Origin: Terriglobia bacterium | Lineage (GTDB): Bacteria; Acidobacteriota; Terriglobia; 20CM-2-55-15 | Reading direction: 5' to 3' | Assembly: GCA_965198225.1 (NCBI GenBank) | Contig: CBDAOY010000004.1 | Span: 288,001-352,000, forward strand | DNA length: 64,000 bases | Part shown: piece by piece, positions 20,212-30,578 of the stretch | Numbering within the stretch: the stretch's first letter is position 1 | How the letters are laid out: each line of letters opens with the position of its first letter | Made by a program: the position numbers and the translations under genes | Notes under the pieces: generated by a model | The model's input: the letters and a program-made list of their open reading frames with translations, nothing else | What the model was told of the DNA's origin: nothing | The model's database searches: none

Positions 20212-20655
20212 ATCTCTACCCGGATACCTCACGTTCTCAAACGGCCACACCTCCAACATCCACCGCTGAATCCTATCAAACAGGTCCCCATCCAGCATCT
20301 CGCATTCCTCCTTCCGAACCCACATGAAGACATCGGCATCTGCCGTTTCAGACGGATAGATGTAGACGCATCCCAGGCAGCGTTCTTCGTCCAGGCTCAT
20401 CATCGTAAAGGCGAATGAGGAACATTTCTGGAATTCTTTCTGATGCCAGCCCAGGTCGATCAGGTCCTGTTCCAGGGTGAGGCCTTCCGGCCACGGGGAG
20501 GTGGAGTCGAGCACGCCTTTCAGGTGATCGATACTCGACATCACCGCGTCATAGTCCTTCACGACGTCGTTGATGGTGAGTATTCGCAGGCGGTAGCGGT
20601 CGGTTTCGATACCGACCGGTACGTCAAAATCGTCGGGTACCAGCCTTCTGGTCAT
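20206..20655 (-). CDS. GNAT-family N-acetyltransferase-like protein
   Basis: DVVKDYDAVMSS, WP..LTLEQDLIDLGWHQKEF, CLGCVYIYP, WPF..V.YPGR. Confidence 0.75.
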   Translation of the reverse strand: MTRRLVPDDFDVPVGIETDRYRLRILTINDVVKDYDAVMSSIDHLKGVLDSTSPWPEGLTLEQDLIDLGWHQKEFQKCSSFAFTMMSLDEERCLGCVYIYPSETADADVFMWVRKEECEMLDGDLFDRIQRWMLEVWPFENVRYPGRDV

Positions 20656-22208
20656 GGCAGCGGCGGCGTGCTCACGGGCGGGCGTCGATGCCGCGTGGCC
20701 TGTTCGTAGGCATACACGAACCTGATCAGGGTGCCCTCGTCAAATGCGCGGCCCACGAACGACAGGCCGGCGGGAAGCGTGCCGTCGACGTAGCCCATCG
20801 GGACGGTGATCGCCGGAAAACCCGTTCCCGGTGAGAGGCGCTGGCTATTGTCGCCGTGCGGGGAGGAAAGATCTCCGACCAGTCGTGGGGGATTGTTCCA
20901 GGTCGGGTAGATCACAGCATCGACATTGGCGTCTTCCATTGCGCGCAGCAGAGCCTGACGCAGTTGTTCTTCGCCTTCCGCCGTGGTTTCGCAGCCGGGG
21001 TTCTCTTCGGGCGCCAGCTCCGTTCGCTGGTTGCGCTCCAGGCGTGGGCGGACCGAAAAGTGAAAGTCGCCCGAGGCGATAATCTCTTCGAGGCTTCCGA
21101 TAGGAGCCTCGTCGCCCAGACCGGCAAGGTAGCTGTTGATGTCGAACTTGAAGCGGCTGCAGCTGCCGAACCGAATCTGCCGGTATTCGGGAAGCGGGAC
21201 GGGATCGACGACGATCGCGCCCTCGCGCCGCATGTCGCCGATCGCGCCCTCCATCAACTCCAGGATCCTGGGGTCCGCGGTGTCGGTATTCGAAATCACG
21301 CGCATCACGCCGATGCGCGCACCCCTCAGGCCGTCCCTCTGGAGGTATGAGGCGTAGCTTTCTTCTTTCCTTCCCTGGCTGGCGGCCGTCACGGGATCGT
21401 CGGGGTCGTATCCGGCGATCGCGTCGAACACCGCCACGGCGTCGGCCACGGTTCGCGCCATCGGTCCACCGATATCACGGGCGTAGCTGAGCGGGACGAT
21501 CCCGGCCCGGCTGGTCAGTCCCATCGTCGAGCGGATCCCGACGAGAGCGTTGTGCGAGGACGGACCACGGATCGAGTTGCCGGTGTCGGTACCCAACCCA
21601 ACGGTCCCAAAATTCGCGGCGATCGCCGCTCCGGTCCCGCCGCTGGACCCGGCAGGCACTCGGTTCAGGGCGTACGGGTTGAACGTGTATCCAGGGATGG
21701 TCGACCCGATCGTCTCGTACGGGGTGAACGCGAACTCCGCCATGTTGGACTTGGCCAGGACGATCGCTCCGGCTTCCCGGATCCTGCGGACCTGGAAGGC
21801 GTCCTTCGACGACACCCAGTTTCCGAACGACGCGGAGCCGGCTGTGGTGGGCAGGTCGATAGTTTCGTAGTTGTCCTTGACGATCATCGGGACGCAGTGG
21901 AGCGCACCGACCGGGCCGGATTCGGCGTAGGCACGATCCAGTTCGTCCGCTCGCGCCAGGGCGTTCGTATTGACGACGATGATGGCGTTCAGGGAAGGGC
22001 CTCTCTTGTCGTAGGCCTCGATTCGATCCAGGTAGTGCTGGACCAACTCGCGACACGACAGGCTGCCGGTTTCAAGCGCCGAGTGAATGTCGCTGATCGT
22101 GGCCTCTTCGGTCCGGTAGAGGTCGAAGCCCTGAGCGCCGGCGTGGGCGCAGAAAATCAGAGTCGTCCATATCGGCAGGCACCGACAAAGGTTCCAGGCT
22201 CTCCTCAT
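20652..22208 (-). CDS. Amidase signature family protein
   Basis: IVKDN, AGSSGGTG and GTDTGNSIRGP (Lys/Ser/Ser triad). Confidence 0.92.
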   Translation of the reverse strand: MRRAWNLCRCLPIWTTLIFCAHAGAQGFDLYRTEEATISDIHSALETGSLSCRELVQHYLDRIEAYDKRGPSLNAIIVVNTNALARADELDRAYAESGPVGALHCVPMIVKDNYETIDLPTTAGSASFGNWVSSKDAFQVRRIREAGAIVLAKSNMAEFAFTPYETIGSTIPGYTFNPYALNRVPAGSSGGTGAAIAANFGTVGLGTDTGNSIRGPSSHNALVGIRSTMGLTSRAGIVPLSYARDIGGPMARTVADAVAVFDAIAGYDPDDPVTAASQGRKEESYASYLQRDGLRGARIGVMRVISNTDTADPRILELMEGAIGDMRREGAIVVDPVPLPEYRQIRFGSCSRFKFDINSYLAGLGDEAPIGSLEEIIASGDFHFSVRPRLERNQRTELAPEENPGCETTAEGEEQLRQALLRAMEDANVDAVIYPTWNNPPRLVGDLSSPHGDNSQRLSPGTGFPAITVPMGYVDGTLPAGLSFVGRAFDEGTLIRFVYAYEQATRHRRPPVSTPPLP

Positions 22209-22233
22209 CCTTCCTTCCTCCCTCCCCGATCTC

Positions 22234-22596
22234 TCAACCCGCGCGCGTTCCGTTGGGGACCGGGCGCTCCGGGGTGAGTAGTGCCGGCTGGACGCCGTCC
22301 TCGTAGCCGACATCGAACAGCATTCCCTCAGACACCTCGCCCATCATCTTCCGGGGTTCCAGGTTGACGATGAACAGCGCCTGCCGGCCTTCGATCTCCG
22401 TCGGATCCGCGCGCTCCTGTTTCATTCCCGCAAGTATCGTCCGCTTGTGGTTGCCGAAATCGACGGTGAGCCGAACCAGCTTGTTGGACCCTTCGACCTC
22501 GGCGACACGCTCGATCGTACCGACGCGGGCGTCAATCTGATTGACGACATCGATATTGATCGAGGGTTTGACCTGGGCAGGTTTCATTTCTTGCAA
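22234..22596 (-). CDS. tRNA-binding OB-fold protein (CsaA/Trbp111-like)
   Basis: IDARVGTI, KL..LTVDFG, FIVNLEPRKMMG.VSEGML. Confidence 0.88.
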   Translation of the reverse strand: MQEMKPAQVKPSINIDVVNQIDARVGTIERVAEVEGSNKLVRLTVDFGNHKRTILAGMKQERADPTEIEGRQALFIVNLEPRKMMGEVSEGMLFDVGYEDGVQPALLTPERPVPNGTRAG

Positions 22597-22734
22597 TCGA
22601 TCCTCCCGATCTCAATTCGCGGCCAGTTCTTTCATCAACTGCCCGGTGAGCTTACAACGCGGGAAAAGGCGGGTCAATTTGGACAGGGTAGAGGTCGTGC
22701 CCTGGGACTGGTTCCGATCCTCGAGATGTTCCTG

Positions 22735-22788
22735 ACGCCAAGACGCAGAGGCGCAGAGGAGGAAGTCCAGTTCTTCAGACTCTGCGTC
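22735..22788. repeat. Octamer-based repeat, partial inverted pair
   Basis: ACGCCAAGACGCAGAGGCGCAGAG ... CTCTGCGTC. Confidence 0.6.
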
Positions 22789-22869
22789 ACAACCGCTTGC
22801 CGGTAACCGAAAATTCCAGTTCAGGCGTTGACGTGCCGTTCAACGGGTAACGGCCTACGGCCTACGTCT

Positions 22870-25316
22870 TCACTCATACCGCAGCGCGACCATCGGGTCG
22901 ACCCGCGTGGCGCGGCGGGCGGGCAGGTAGCATGCCGCCAGTGCGATGAGGCCGAGCGTGGCAGCGACGGCCCCAAAAGTGACCGGATCGGTGGCCCCGA
23001 CACCAAACAACAGGTCCGCCATCACCCGCGTGATCCCGAACGATACGGCCAGGCCGATGCCGAGGCCGATGAAGGTCAGGACCATTCCCTGACGGACCAC
23101 CAGGCGAAGCATCTGTCGGTCCGCCGCCCCGAGCGCCATGCGCAGGCCGATTTCGTGGGTGCGCTGGTTCACCGAGTAGGACATGGTCCCGTAGATCCCG
23201 ATCGATGCGAGGAACAACGCCACTCCAGCGAAGATGCTCAGCAGCAGGGTGTTGAATTGAGCCCGCCCCATCCAGGCGGACAGGACCTGCTCCATTGAGC
23301 GGACGTTCGACACCGGCTGATTCCGGTCGACTTCGGCGATCGCAGCCTGCACATCGGCCGAAAGCTGAAGAGGTTCGCCGCGTGTACGCGCGACCCAGGT
23401 CACCGGCAGCAGCGTGGCCGCGAGGGCCGTGAGCTGGTCGGGGACCTGCGCAGCGGGTACGAACAGTGTCGCCGGCGCATCCTGGTCGAGGCCGAATTCT
23501 CTTGTGGCTCCGACGATGCCGACAATCTGGCGCGAAGGATCCTCGAACCCGGGTCCCATTACGCGGCCGATCGTGATGAGCTGGCCGATCGGATCCCCAT
23601 CCGGGAAGTCGCGTCGGGCGAGCACCTCGTTGATAATGACGACCGGCGTCGACGCTGCAGTCTCACCAAGGTCGAAGTGTCGGCCGCGGGCGAGAGCGAT
23701 GCCCATGGCCTTGAAATAGCTCGGCGAGATCACGCGGTATTGCGAGTTCAGAAACTGGCCCTCCTCCATCTGCCGGCCCTCGATCTCAAACGGAAGGTCC
23801 GGTCCGGGTTCGGTCGGGAGGTTCGTGATCGTGGCTGCGTGTTCGACCTCCGGGATGAGTTCGATCCGCTCGATCGCGTTTCGGAAGAGGCGGTGCTGCG
23901 ACTCGGTCGTTTCGTAACGTCCGCCCGTCATCGACATCTGCATCGTGAGGATATTCGTGGGATTGAAGCCCGGATCGGTGTCTCGAAGCTCTGAGAAGCT
24001 GCGAAGCAGCAGCGCGGCGCCGATCAATAGCACGAGTGAGAGAGCCACTTCTGCGACGACCAGGGCTCCGCGAATACTGCGTCCTCCGATTCCCGCGGTC
24101 GTCCGCGTGCCGCTTTCGTGCAGCGTGTCCCTTAGATTCTGCCGCGACACTTGCAGTGCGGGAACAACGCCGAAGAGCAATCCGGTCAGGAGGGCAATGC
24201 CGAGAGTGAACAGGAGGACCCGAAAGTCCAGCCCGATCTGGACGAGCTCGGGGATATCGGCAGGACTCATCGCCAGCAGCGCCTTCAGGCCCCAGTGCGA
24301 CACCGTTAGACCCAGTGCGGCCCCGGCAAGCGACATCATCGCGGCCTCGGTCAGGAGCTGACGAATCAACCGCATCCGAGGGGCGCCCATCGCGGTCCGA
24401 ACAGCGATCTCCTGGCTCCGGGAAGCGGCGCGCGACAGCAGCAGGTTGGCCACGTTGGCGCACGCGATCAGCAGCACGAACGCCACCGCGCCGAGCAGGA
24501 TCAACAGCGCCGGACGGACTCCATCGGTGAGGTTGTAGTGGTAGCTGATCCCTCGGATCGATTCTTGGTCCGACATCAGCTCCGGATAGGTCTCGCGGAA
24601 CTGCCCTGCCAGAGGTTCCAGTCCGGCGTTGGCCTCCTCGAGCGTCATCCCGGGCTTCATGCGGCCGGCAGCGCGATCAGGTTGGCCTGATCCTGGCTGT
24701 CGGCGACGGGCTGCAGCGGCGTCCAGACGTCGGATGGAGGCGTAAACTGAAATCCTTCGGGCATCACGCCGATCACGGTATACCTCTTGTTGCTCAGCAT
24801 GATGGACTGGCCGACCAGGCTCGGATCGGCGCCGAACCGGCTCTTCCACAAACCCTCGCTGACGATGACGACCGACTCCGCTCCGGGCCGTCCCTCTTCC
24901 GGCAGGAAGCTTCGGCCGATCTGAGGTTCCACCCCGAGGACGGAGAACAGTTCGGTCGAAACGCGGATGCCGCGGATGCGTTCGGGACGGTCGCCTCCAG
25001 TGAGGTTGTGGCCAGCGCCGAGTACGTCGTATGCTCCGAGTTGATCGAAGACGGTGTTGCTGTCTCTCCAGAACACGAACTTCGTCATCGACACCGAATC
25101 GCTCGTCCCTCCACCTTCGAACGCACGAACCACCGAAACGAGTTCGTCCGGCTGTTCGTAGGGCAGCGGCCGCAGCATCACCGCGTTGACGACGCTGAAG
25201 ATGGCGGTGTTGGCACCGATTCCGAGAGCCAGCGCGCAGACCGCGACGGTCGTGAAGGCCCGGTTCTTGATCATCACCCGGTAGGCGTACCGGACGTCCT
25301 GAAGCAGGTTCCTCAT
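22870..25316 (-). CDS. MacB/FtsX-type duplicated ABC permease; single-base frameshift near 24665
   Basis: QDVRYA.R...LALGIGANTAIFS; VLLIACANVANLL; EIGLRMALGA; PARRATRVDPMVALRYE. Confidence 0.88.
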
Positions 25317-25433
25317 CGCTTTCCTCCGTAAGGTATCCCTTACGGATTGGGTCCAGTGGGTGTTCCACCGTAATTGTGGGACGAGTCAGTCTCGGGGCGT
25401 GAACCCGCGGGGCCGTTCCGCCGGGGTCTTTAG

Positions 25434-25497
25434 TCGCAGAGTCGCAAAGACGCGGAGTCTGAATAACCAGGTCTTTGCACTCTGCGTCTTCGCGTCG
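25434..25497. repeat. Octamer-based inverted repeat
   Basis: TCGCAGAGTCGCAAAGACGCGGAG ... CTTTGCACTCTGCGTCTTCGCGTCG. Confidence 0.65.
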
Positions 25498-25544
25498 ATG
25501 CCACGGGGCGGGCGGAATCGTGTCTCGGCCAGGGTTGCCACTGG

Positions 25545-26100
25545 CTACCGGATGCGAATGCTGCCCGACGATGTCCGAGGCCGGATCTGGACACCGCCGC
25601 CGTTGACCTGGCCACTGAGTCTGTTTCGGCGCTGGTTCTGGGTTGTGATGGGCTGATCCATCGAGATCGAGCCTGACGATGTTTCCGCGTCCAGGTCGAA
25701 GCCGAACTGTGCGGGCAGGTCGAGCGTGATTCCGCCCGAGCTTGCACTCACGCTCCAGTCGTCGGTGGGTTCTCCGTCGACTTCGATGTCGCCGCTACCC
25801 GAGCTGGCGCTCAACCCGCCTCGGATATCTCGGGCCTCGATGTCTCCGGAACCCGTACTTATCGCGACGTCTCCCGGGCCGGACTGTTCCACCTCGATCT
25901 CGCCGCTGCCGGTCTGAGCCTGGAACGAACCCGCGATTCGCTCTGCCGTGATGTCACCGCTGCCGGTACGCGCCTCGACGTCGCCGTCGATGTTGCTCAA
26001 CTCGACGTCTCCGGAACCCGAGGTCACCTCGACGGGCCCCGCCACATCCATGACGTCCTGGTCTCCGGATCCGCTGCGTGTTTGCACTTCCGTTACCTCG
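25545..26100 (-). pseudogene. 3' part of a DUF4097-like beta-strand repeat protein, 5' end missing
   Basis: Repeated (T/S)GSGD(I/V) units; sequence above about 26100 is unrelated and has no signal peptide. Confidence 0.7.
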
Positions 26101-26642
26101 ACAAGCTGGAAAACGGCGCCGCGCCCAGTTTTGTTCCCTCCCCGTGGCATTTTTGAGCCATGCGAAATGGGAGCGGCATCCGATGTGTTGCGAGTGTGCA
26201 GATGTTTGAATGAACTTTGCCGTCGCCGGACCGGATGGAAGGCCAAGGGTAAAGCGTGCCACTCCAACCCGGAGGCACCGGCGTTCGAGGGTTGACCAGC
26301 TATCCTCCTCTGGACCCTCTGAAGGCGGCAGCGCGGGTTGGATTCCGTGCCGCCGATTTCGAACGGCAACGGGTTTTTTCTCGGTACGCCTGCGAGAGCG
26401 GGTGTGCCGCCGTGTCGGCAGGCGTTGGGGAACGTGCTGCTGCAGGTGTGGCTTGCTGCGGGCTGCACCTGCGGACACGGTTTGCGCATTACCTTCCGTT
26501 TCCTTGCCGCCGCGACCGGCATCGTTCATGATGAAGGCCGGTCGGTTGTCCGGAGCCCCCACCGGTCGGAACCGTTCAGGAGCAAGCAGCCACTGGCTGC
26601 TACACTTGACGACAAGTGGCTGGAATGGTTCTGTAGCTGTTT

Positions 26643-27395
26643 ATGTCCTCAGAAGATAGGAAGGATTCCTCACCAACGGCGCCGCGGATTCTCGTGGCCG
26701 AAGACAATCCTGTCAACGTGAAGCTGGCCGTGCTCCTGCTGAAGCGATTTGGCTACGACGCCGACACCGTCTCGAATGGTAGCGAAGCGCTCGACGCGAT
26801 GGCCGGCCGGGCGTACGACGTGGTGCTGATGGACGTTCAAATGCCTGTCATGGACGGTCTGGAGGCGACGCGCCGGATTGCCGGCCTCGGCGCCGGGACA
26901 CCCCGCCCGGTGGTCATCGGCATGACGGCGAATGCGGTTGAAGGCTTTCGCAAGACATGCCTCGAGGCGGGGATGACCGACTACATCAGCAAGCCGGTAC
27001 AGCCTGAGGAATTGAAGGCGACCCTCCTCCGTGCGCTCGAAGAGCGGCAGGCCACACGTCCCATGGCCGACGCCCCGGAAGATCAGACTGCCCCCTTGAT
27101 GTCTGACGCACACCTGGATTTCCTGATCCAGCTTGCCGGGCCGTTTGTCGACGATACGACGCGATCGCTGAACGAACTGTCTCGCAGAGCCGAGCGGGGT
27201 GAGCCAGCCGAGCTCGGTCGTATCGCCCATCGTCTGAAAGGCAGCTGCCAGATCTTCGGCGCCCACCACATGTCTTCGATCTGCGGGGAACTCGAAGAAC
27301 TCGGCCGTTCGGGTTCGACGGTTGCCGCCGCGGAGCTGATCTCCCGCCTGGAGGAGCAGTTTCTGCTCGTGAAGTCTGAATTGACCGCCGACTGA
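26643..27395 (+). CDS. Response regulator receiver + HPt domain protein
   Basis: ILVAEDN, VLMDVQMP.MDG, MTANA, YISKP; AHRLKGS. Confidence 0.88.
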   Translation: MSSEDRKDSSPTAPRILVAEDNPVNVKLAVLLLKRFGYDADTVSNGSEALDAMAGRAYDVVLMDVQMPVMDGLEATRRIAGLGAGTPRPVVIGMTANAVEGFRKTCLEAGMTDYISKPVQPEELKATLLRALEERQATRPMADAPEDQTAPLMSDAHLDFLIQLAGPFVDDTTRSLNELSRRAERGEPAELGRIAHRLKGSCQIFGAHHMSSICGELEELGRSGSTVAAAELISRLEEQFLLVKSELTAD

Positions 27396-27554
27396 CCCGC
27401 AGCAGCTCCTTCTGGCCGACGAGGTCGCCATTCAGCGGCACCTCTTCGACGCTGCTCGAACGGAATCCTTTCTTCCCGAAGAACCCATCTAAAGATGGAT
27501 TGTGCGCCGGGGCTGTGTGCCGATATCCTCATGTCCCGGGCTGGTTGGTGCTAA

Positions 27555-28684
27555 CTAGTGGCCTGTAACGTTGAAAGTGGGACCAGTAATGTCCCTGCGT
27601 TGAGTTAACGTTCGTGCATGACCTATACAGCTGTGCGAGTGACGCCGAAAGTCGAGCGGGAACTGCAAAGACGAGTGCGCTCCCGAGCGCTGCGGGCCGA
27701 TGATGTGCGACGGGCTCGTTTGATACTGATGCTTGCCGACGGTCAGTCGTTCTCGGTGATCCGTGAAGCGCTGGGCTGTAACCGCAGCTACATCACGCGA
27801 TGGAAGAACCGATTTCTCGAAGACGGATTGTCGGGGTTGTACTCGCGACATGCGGGCCGAGCAGTGGAAAAACGAACGCCGAAGATGGAGGCTCGAATAC
27901 TGGCGTGGACAAGCAAGCCGCCGCCGGATGGATCCACGCACTGGAGTAGCCGCAAGTTGGCCGCTCATCTGGGAACGACTCACATGATGGTCGCCCGGGT
28001 TTGGAAACGCGCCGGACTGCAACCCCACCGAATCGAGCGCTACATGGCTTCCAACGATCCGGACTTTGAGAAGAAAGCGGCCGATATCATCGGACTCTAC
28101 GTCAATCCGCCGCAGCATGCGGCCGTCTTTTGCGTCGATGAAAAGACGGCTATCCAAGCCTTGGACCGTTTGGTTCCGGTGCTTCCGCTTTCTCCGGGCC
28201 GTGCGGAACGTCACGGCTTCGAGTATTTCCGCCATGGGACGCTCTCGCTCTATGCGGCGCTGAATACGAAGACCGGGGAGGTTGTCGGCAAAACGGCCCC
28301 ACGCCACACCAGCGAAGAGTTCGTGGCTTTCCTGGCGGATCTGCTGGTTCACCAACCACCGAACAAGGAGATTCACGTTATCGCTGATAACCTTTCCGCT
28401 CACAAGACCAAGCGAGTCCGGCAATTCCTCACCGATCATCCCCACGTTCACATTCACTACACGCCGACCTACTCGTCCTGGTTGAACCAAGTCGAACTCT
28501 GGTTTGCGAAGATCGAGCGGGATGTCATCGTCCGCGGCATCTTCACTTCCGTTAAAGATCTGGCTCGCAAGCTCATGCGATACGTTCGTCATTACAACAA
28601 ACAACCTAAACCCATAAAGTGGACCTATCGGGACGCCTCCAAGCGAATTCTCCCGGACCCGATTTAACTGTTACAGGTCACTAG
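27555..28684 (+). mobile_element. IS630-family insertion sequence, intact
   Basis: Ends CTAGTGGCCTGTAAC ... GTTACAGGTCACTAG enclosing the transposase gene. Confidence 0.95.
27618..28667 (+). CDS. IS630-family DDE transposase
   Basis: HTH region, THWS.RKLA, CVDEK, Y.RHGT, IADNLSAHK, TPTYSSWLNQVE.WF. Confidence 0.95.
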   Translation: MTYTAVRVTPKVERELQRRVRSRALRADDVRRARLILMLADGQSFSVIREALGCNRSYITRWKNRFLEDGLSGLYSRHAGRAVEKRTPKMEARILAWTSKPPPDGSTHWSSRKLAAHLGTTHMMVARVWKRAGLQPHRIERYMASNDPDFEKKAADIIGLYVNPPQHAAVFCVDEKTAIQALDRLVPVLPLSPGRAERHGFEYFRHGTLSLYAALNTKTGEVVGKTAPRHTSEEFVAFLADLLVHQPPNKEIHVIADNLSAHKTKRVRQFLTDHPHVHIHYTPTYSSWLNQVELWFAKIERDVIVRGIFTSVKDLARKLMRYVRHYNKQPKPIKWTYRDASKRILPDPI

Positions 28685-28955
28685 TGGCCTGTAACAGTGC
28701 TATCGGCACCATCGCCGATGGGTCTTGCGGGCGAGGTCGAGGAGGGAGACGGAAAGCGATGCTCATTCATCGGTGACGGCTTCCGACAAAGAGATCGCCC
28801 GCAACCCCCATCGGCCCGAAGGGTTCGGCGGAACGGCGCCGTCTTCGGTGTCGTAACGCCCTCGCAATGAAACAGCATTGGCTCGGGCGTCACTCCTAGA
28901 ATCCGACGCCGTTCCGCCGAACGCTGGTACCGATAGCACTGTTACAGGTCACTAG
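28681..28955. mobile_element. 275-bp IS630-associated MITE, copy 2, in tandem with the IS
   Basis: Shares CTAG 28681-28684 with the IS right end; its right CTAG contains the LuxR-gene stop codon. Confidence 0.93.
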
Positions 28956-29374
28956 GGCATCAGCCCCTTGTACGCCAGAGCGACGGTGGTGCGGTTCTTG
29001 AGGCCGGTTTTTTCAAGAACCTGATGAACATGGTCCTTGACCGTCGCCTGCGAAATGAAGAGGCGCGCTGCGATCGCTTTGTTGGACATGCCTTCCGCGA
29101 TCAGTGCCACGACCTCCATCTCCCTCGGCGAGAGGCTGTCCAGGCACGCGTCCGGTGTTGGTTCGAACGGGACCCGGACGACAACCAGTGGCTCACCAAG
29201 ATCTTCAGCGGCCCTGAAGTCGACCGTGATGCCTGTTGCGATCCGGACCTGCTCAGCTATGTGAACCAGTTCAGCCGAGGGCACCGAAGAGCCTGGAGTT
29301 CGGTGCATCTTTCCCACGAGGACCCGGAGTCGCTCGAGAGCGGCGGAATCGAGATGTGACCGTCGGTTCGGCAT
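28952..29374 (-). CDS. LuxR-type HTH transcriptional regulator
   Basis: LSPREMEVVALIAEGMSNKAIAARLFIS.ATVK.HV. Confidence 0.88.
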   Translation of the reverse strand: MPNRRSHLDSAALERLRVLVGKMHRTPGSSVPSAELVHIAEQVRIATGITVDFRAAEDLGEPLVVVRVPFEPTPDACLDSLSPREMEVVALIAEGMSNKAIAARLFISQATVKDHVHQVLEKTGLKNRTTVALAYKGLMP

Positions 29375-29421
29375 TTGAACGGTTCGGTAGTCGGGTGAGT
29401 TTATCAGACGAGGAGACCGAG

Positions 29422-29802
29422 ATGTCAGTAAGCGAGGGCGAACGGCAGTTGGTCGATGACATGTTCCGCGTCATGCAGTCCGGGGCGGATGGCGTGGACG
29501 AAATGGTGGCGCTTTTCAACGACGATGCGGTGTTCGTCGAGCCTTTCAGCGGCACGCCGCGAACACACCGCGGCAAGGACGAGATACGTGAGGCTTACCT
29601 GGACATGGAGAGGGATCCTGTGCCGGACTTGAAACTGGTCTTGGATCGGCTCGACATGGACGGCGAGCAGTTGCGTGCCGAATGGACCTGCACGGCGCCG
29701 GTGTTTCCCGCACCGATGAAAGGCTATGATCTGTTCACGATCCGCGACGGCAAGATCGCGTGCCTGGAGGTAGTGGTCACCGATGCGCCGCCGATGGGTT
29801 GA
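29422..29802 (+). CDS. SnoaL/NTF2-like protein
   Basis: ALF.DDAVF.EP, HRG.DEIR, IRDGKI; AGGAG before the ATG at 29422. Confidence 0.8.
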   Translation: MSVSEGERQLVDDMFRVMQSGADGVDEMVALFNDDAVFVEPFSGTPRTHRGKDEIREAYLDMERDPVPDLKLVLDRLDMDGEQLRAEWTCTAPVFPAPMKGYDLFTIRDGKIACLEVVVTDAPPMG

Positions 29803-29830
29803 CCGCGATGCAGGTTGGGGAGGTGTTGTC

Positions 29831-30388
29831 ATGAGCGGTCCCAAGCATTGGTTCCTGGCGGTTGCCTCGAGTTTGGTGCTGGCTTCGCTCGCATCCGGTT
29901 TCGTGGCGGCGGCGCAGGAAACGTCCGAGGACCCATGGAGTGCATTCCGGTTCCTTGTCGGTACCTGGGACGGACAGGAGACCGGCGTCGCCGGCATCGG
30001 CAAAGGCGACAGAACATACGAGTTCATCATGGGCGGCAAGTATCTGCTGCACCGGAACACGTCCAAGTTCGAACCGCAGGAGCGAAACCCCGACGGGGAG
30101 GTTCACGAAGACTGGGCTGTCTTCAGCTACGATGAGAACCGTCAGCGTGTCGCTCTGCGAGAGTTCTACATCGAAGGATTCGTGATCGACTACGTCCTTG
30201 CCAGCTTCGATGAAGAATCGCGCCGCGCGGTTTTTGTCTCGGAGAGGATCGAGAACGGTACGCCGGGAATGACGGCCCGGTATTCCCTGACATTTACGAG
30301 TGAGGATTCGTTCGAAGAAATATTCGAGGTTGCCAGTTCGGGTCAGGACCTGCAGATCCTGATCGAGAACTCCTGGACCCGAAGGTAA
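29831..30388 (+). CDS. Secreted hypothetical protein, probable beta-barrel (DUF1579/THAP4-like)
   Basis: Signal peptide; FRFLVGTW.G, FSYD. Confidence 0.6.
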   Translation: MSGPKHWFLAVASSLVLASLASGFVAAAQETSEDPWSAFRFLVGTWDGQETGVAGIGKGDRTYEFIMGGKYLLHRNTSKFEPQERNPDGEVHEDWAVFSYDENRQRVALREFYIEGFVIDYVLASFDEESRRAVFVSERIENGTPGMTARYSLTFTSEDSFEEIFEVASSGQDLQILIENSWTRR

Positions 30389-30498
30389 ACTTCCACGCTG
30401 TTTCAGACTCTTCTGCTTAGCCAACACCCGGGGACAGGGCCAGGCCCCTGTCCCCCTCACAGGGGCTCTCTCGCGGACCGTCCAGCGTGACGCACGAG

Positions 30499-30578
30499 GT
30501 GTAGGTGCGCTCTGTGAGCGCACGACGTAGCGGCCCGTCAAGTGTGTGGTCATAGACAGTCATAGACCGCACCTACAC
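30499..30578. repeat. GTAG-type inverted REP doublet with internal partial duplication
   Basis: GTAGGTGCGCTCTGTGAGCGCAC ... GTCATAGACAGTCATAGACCGCACCTAC. Confidence 0.85.

Noticed and set aside
27396-27490. Possible GNAT C-terminal fragment on the minus strand (FFGKKGF..EEVPLNG)
   Set aside because: Too short to support without a database search
27555-28604. 349-aa antisense ORF over the IS630 transposase
   Set aside because: Mirror-frame shadow ORF with no motifs; the DDE motifs are on the + strand
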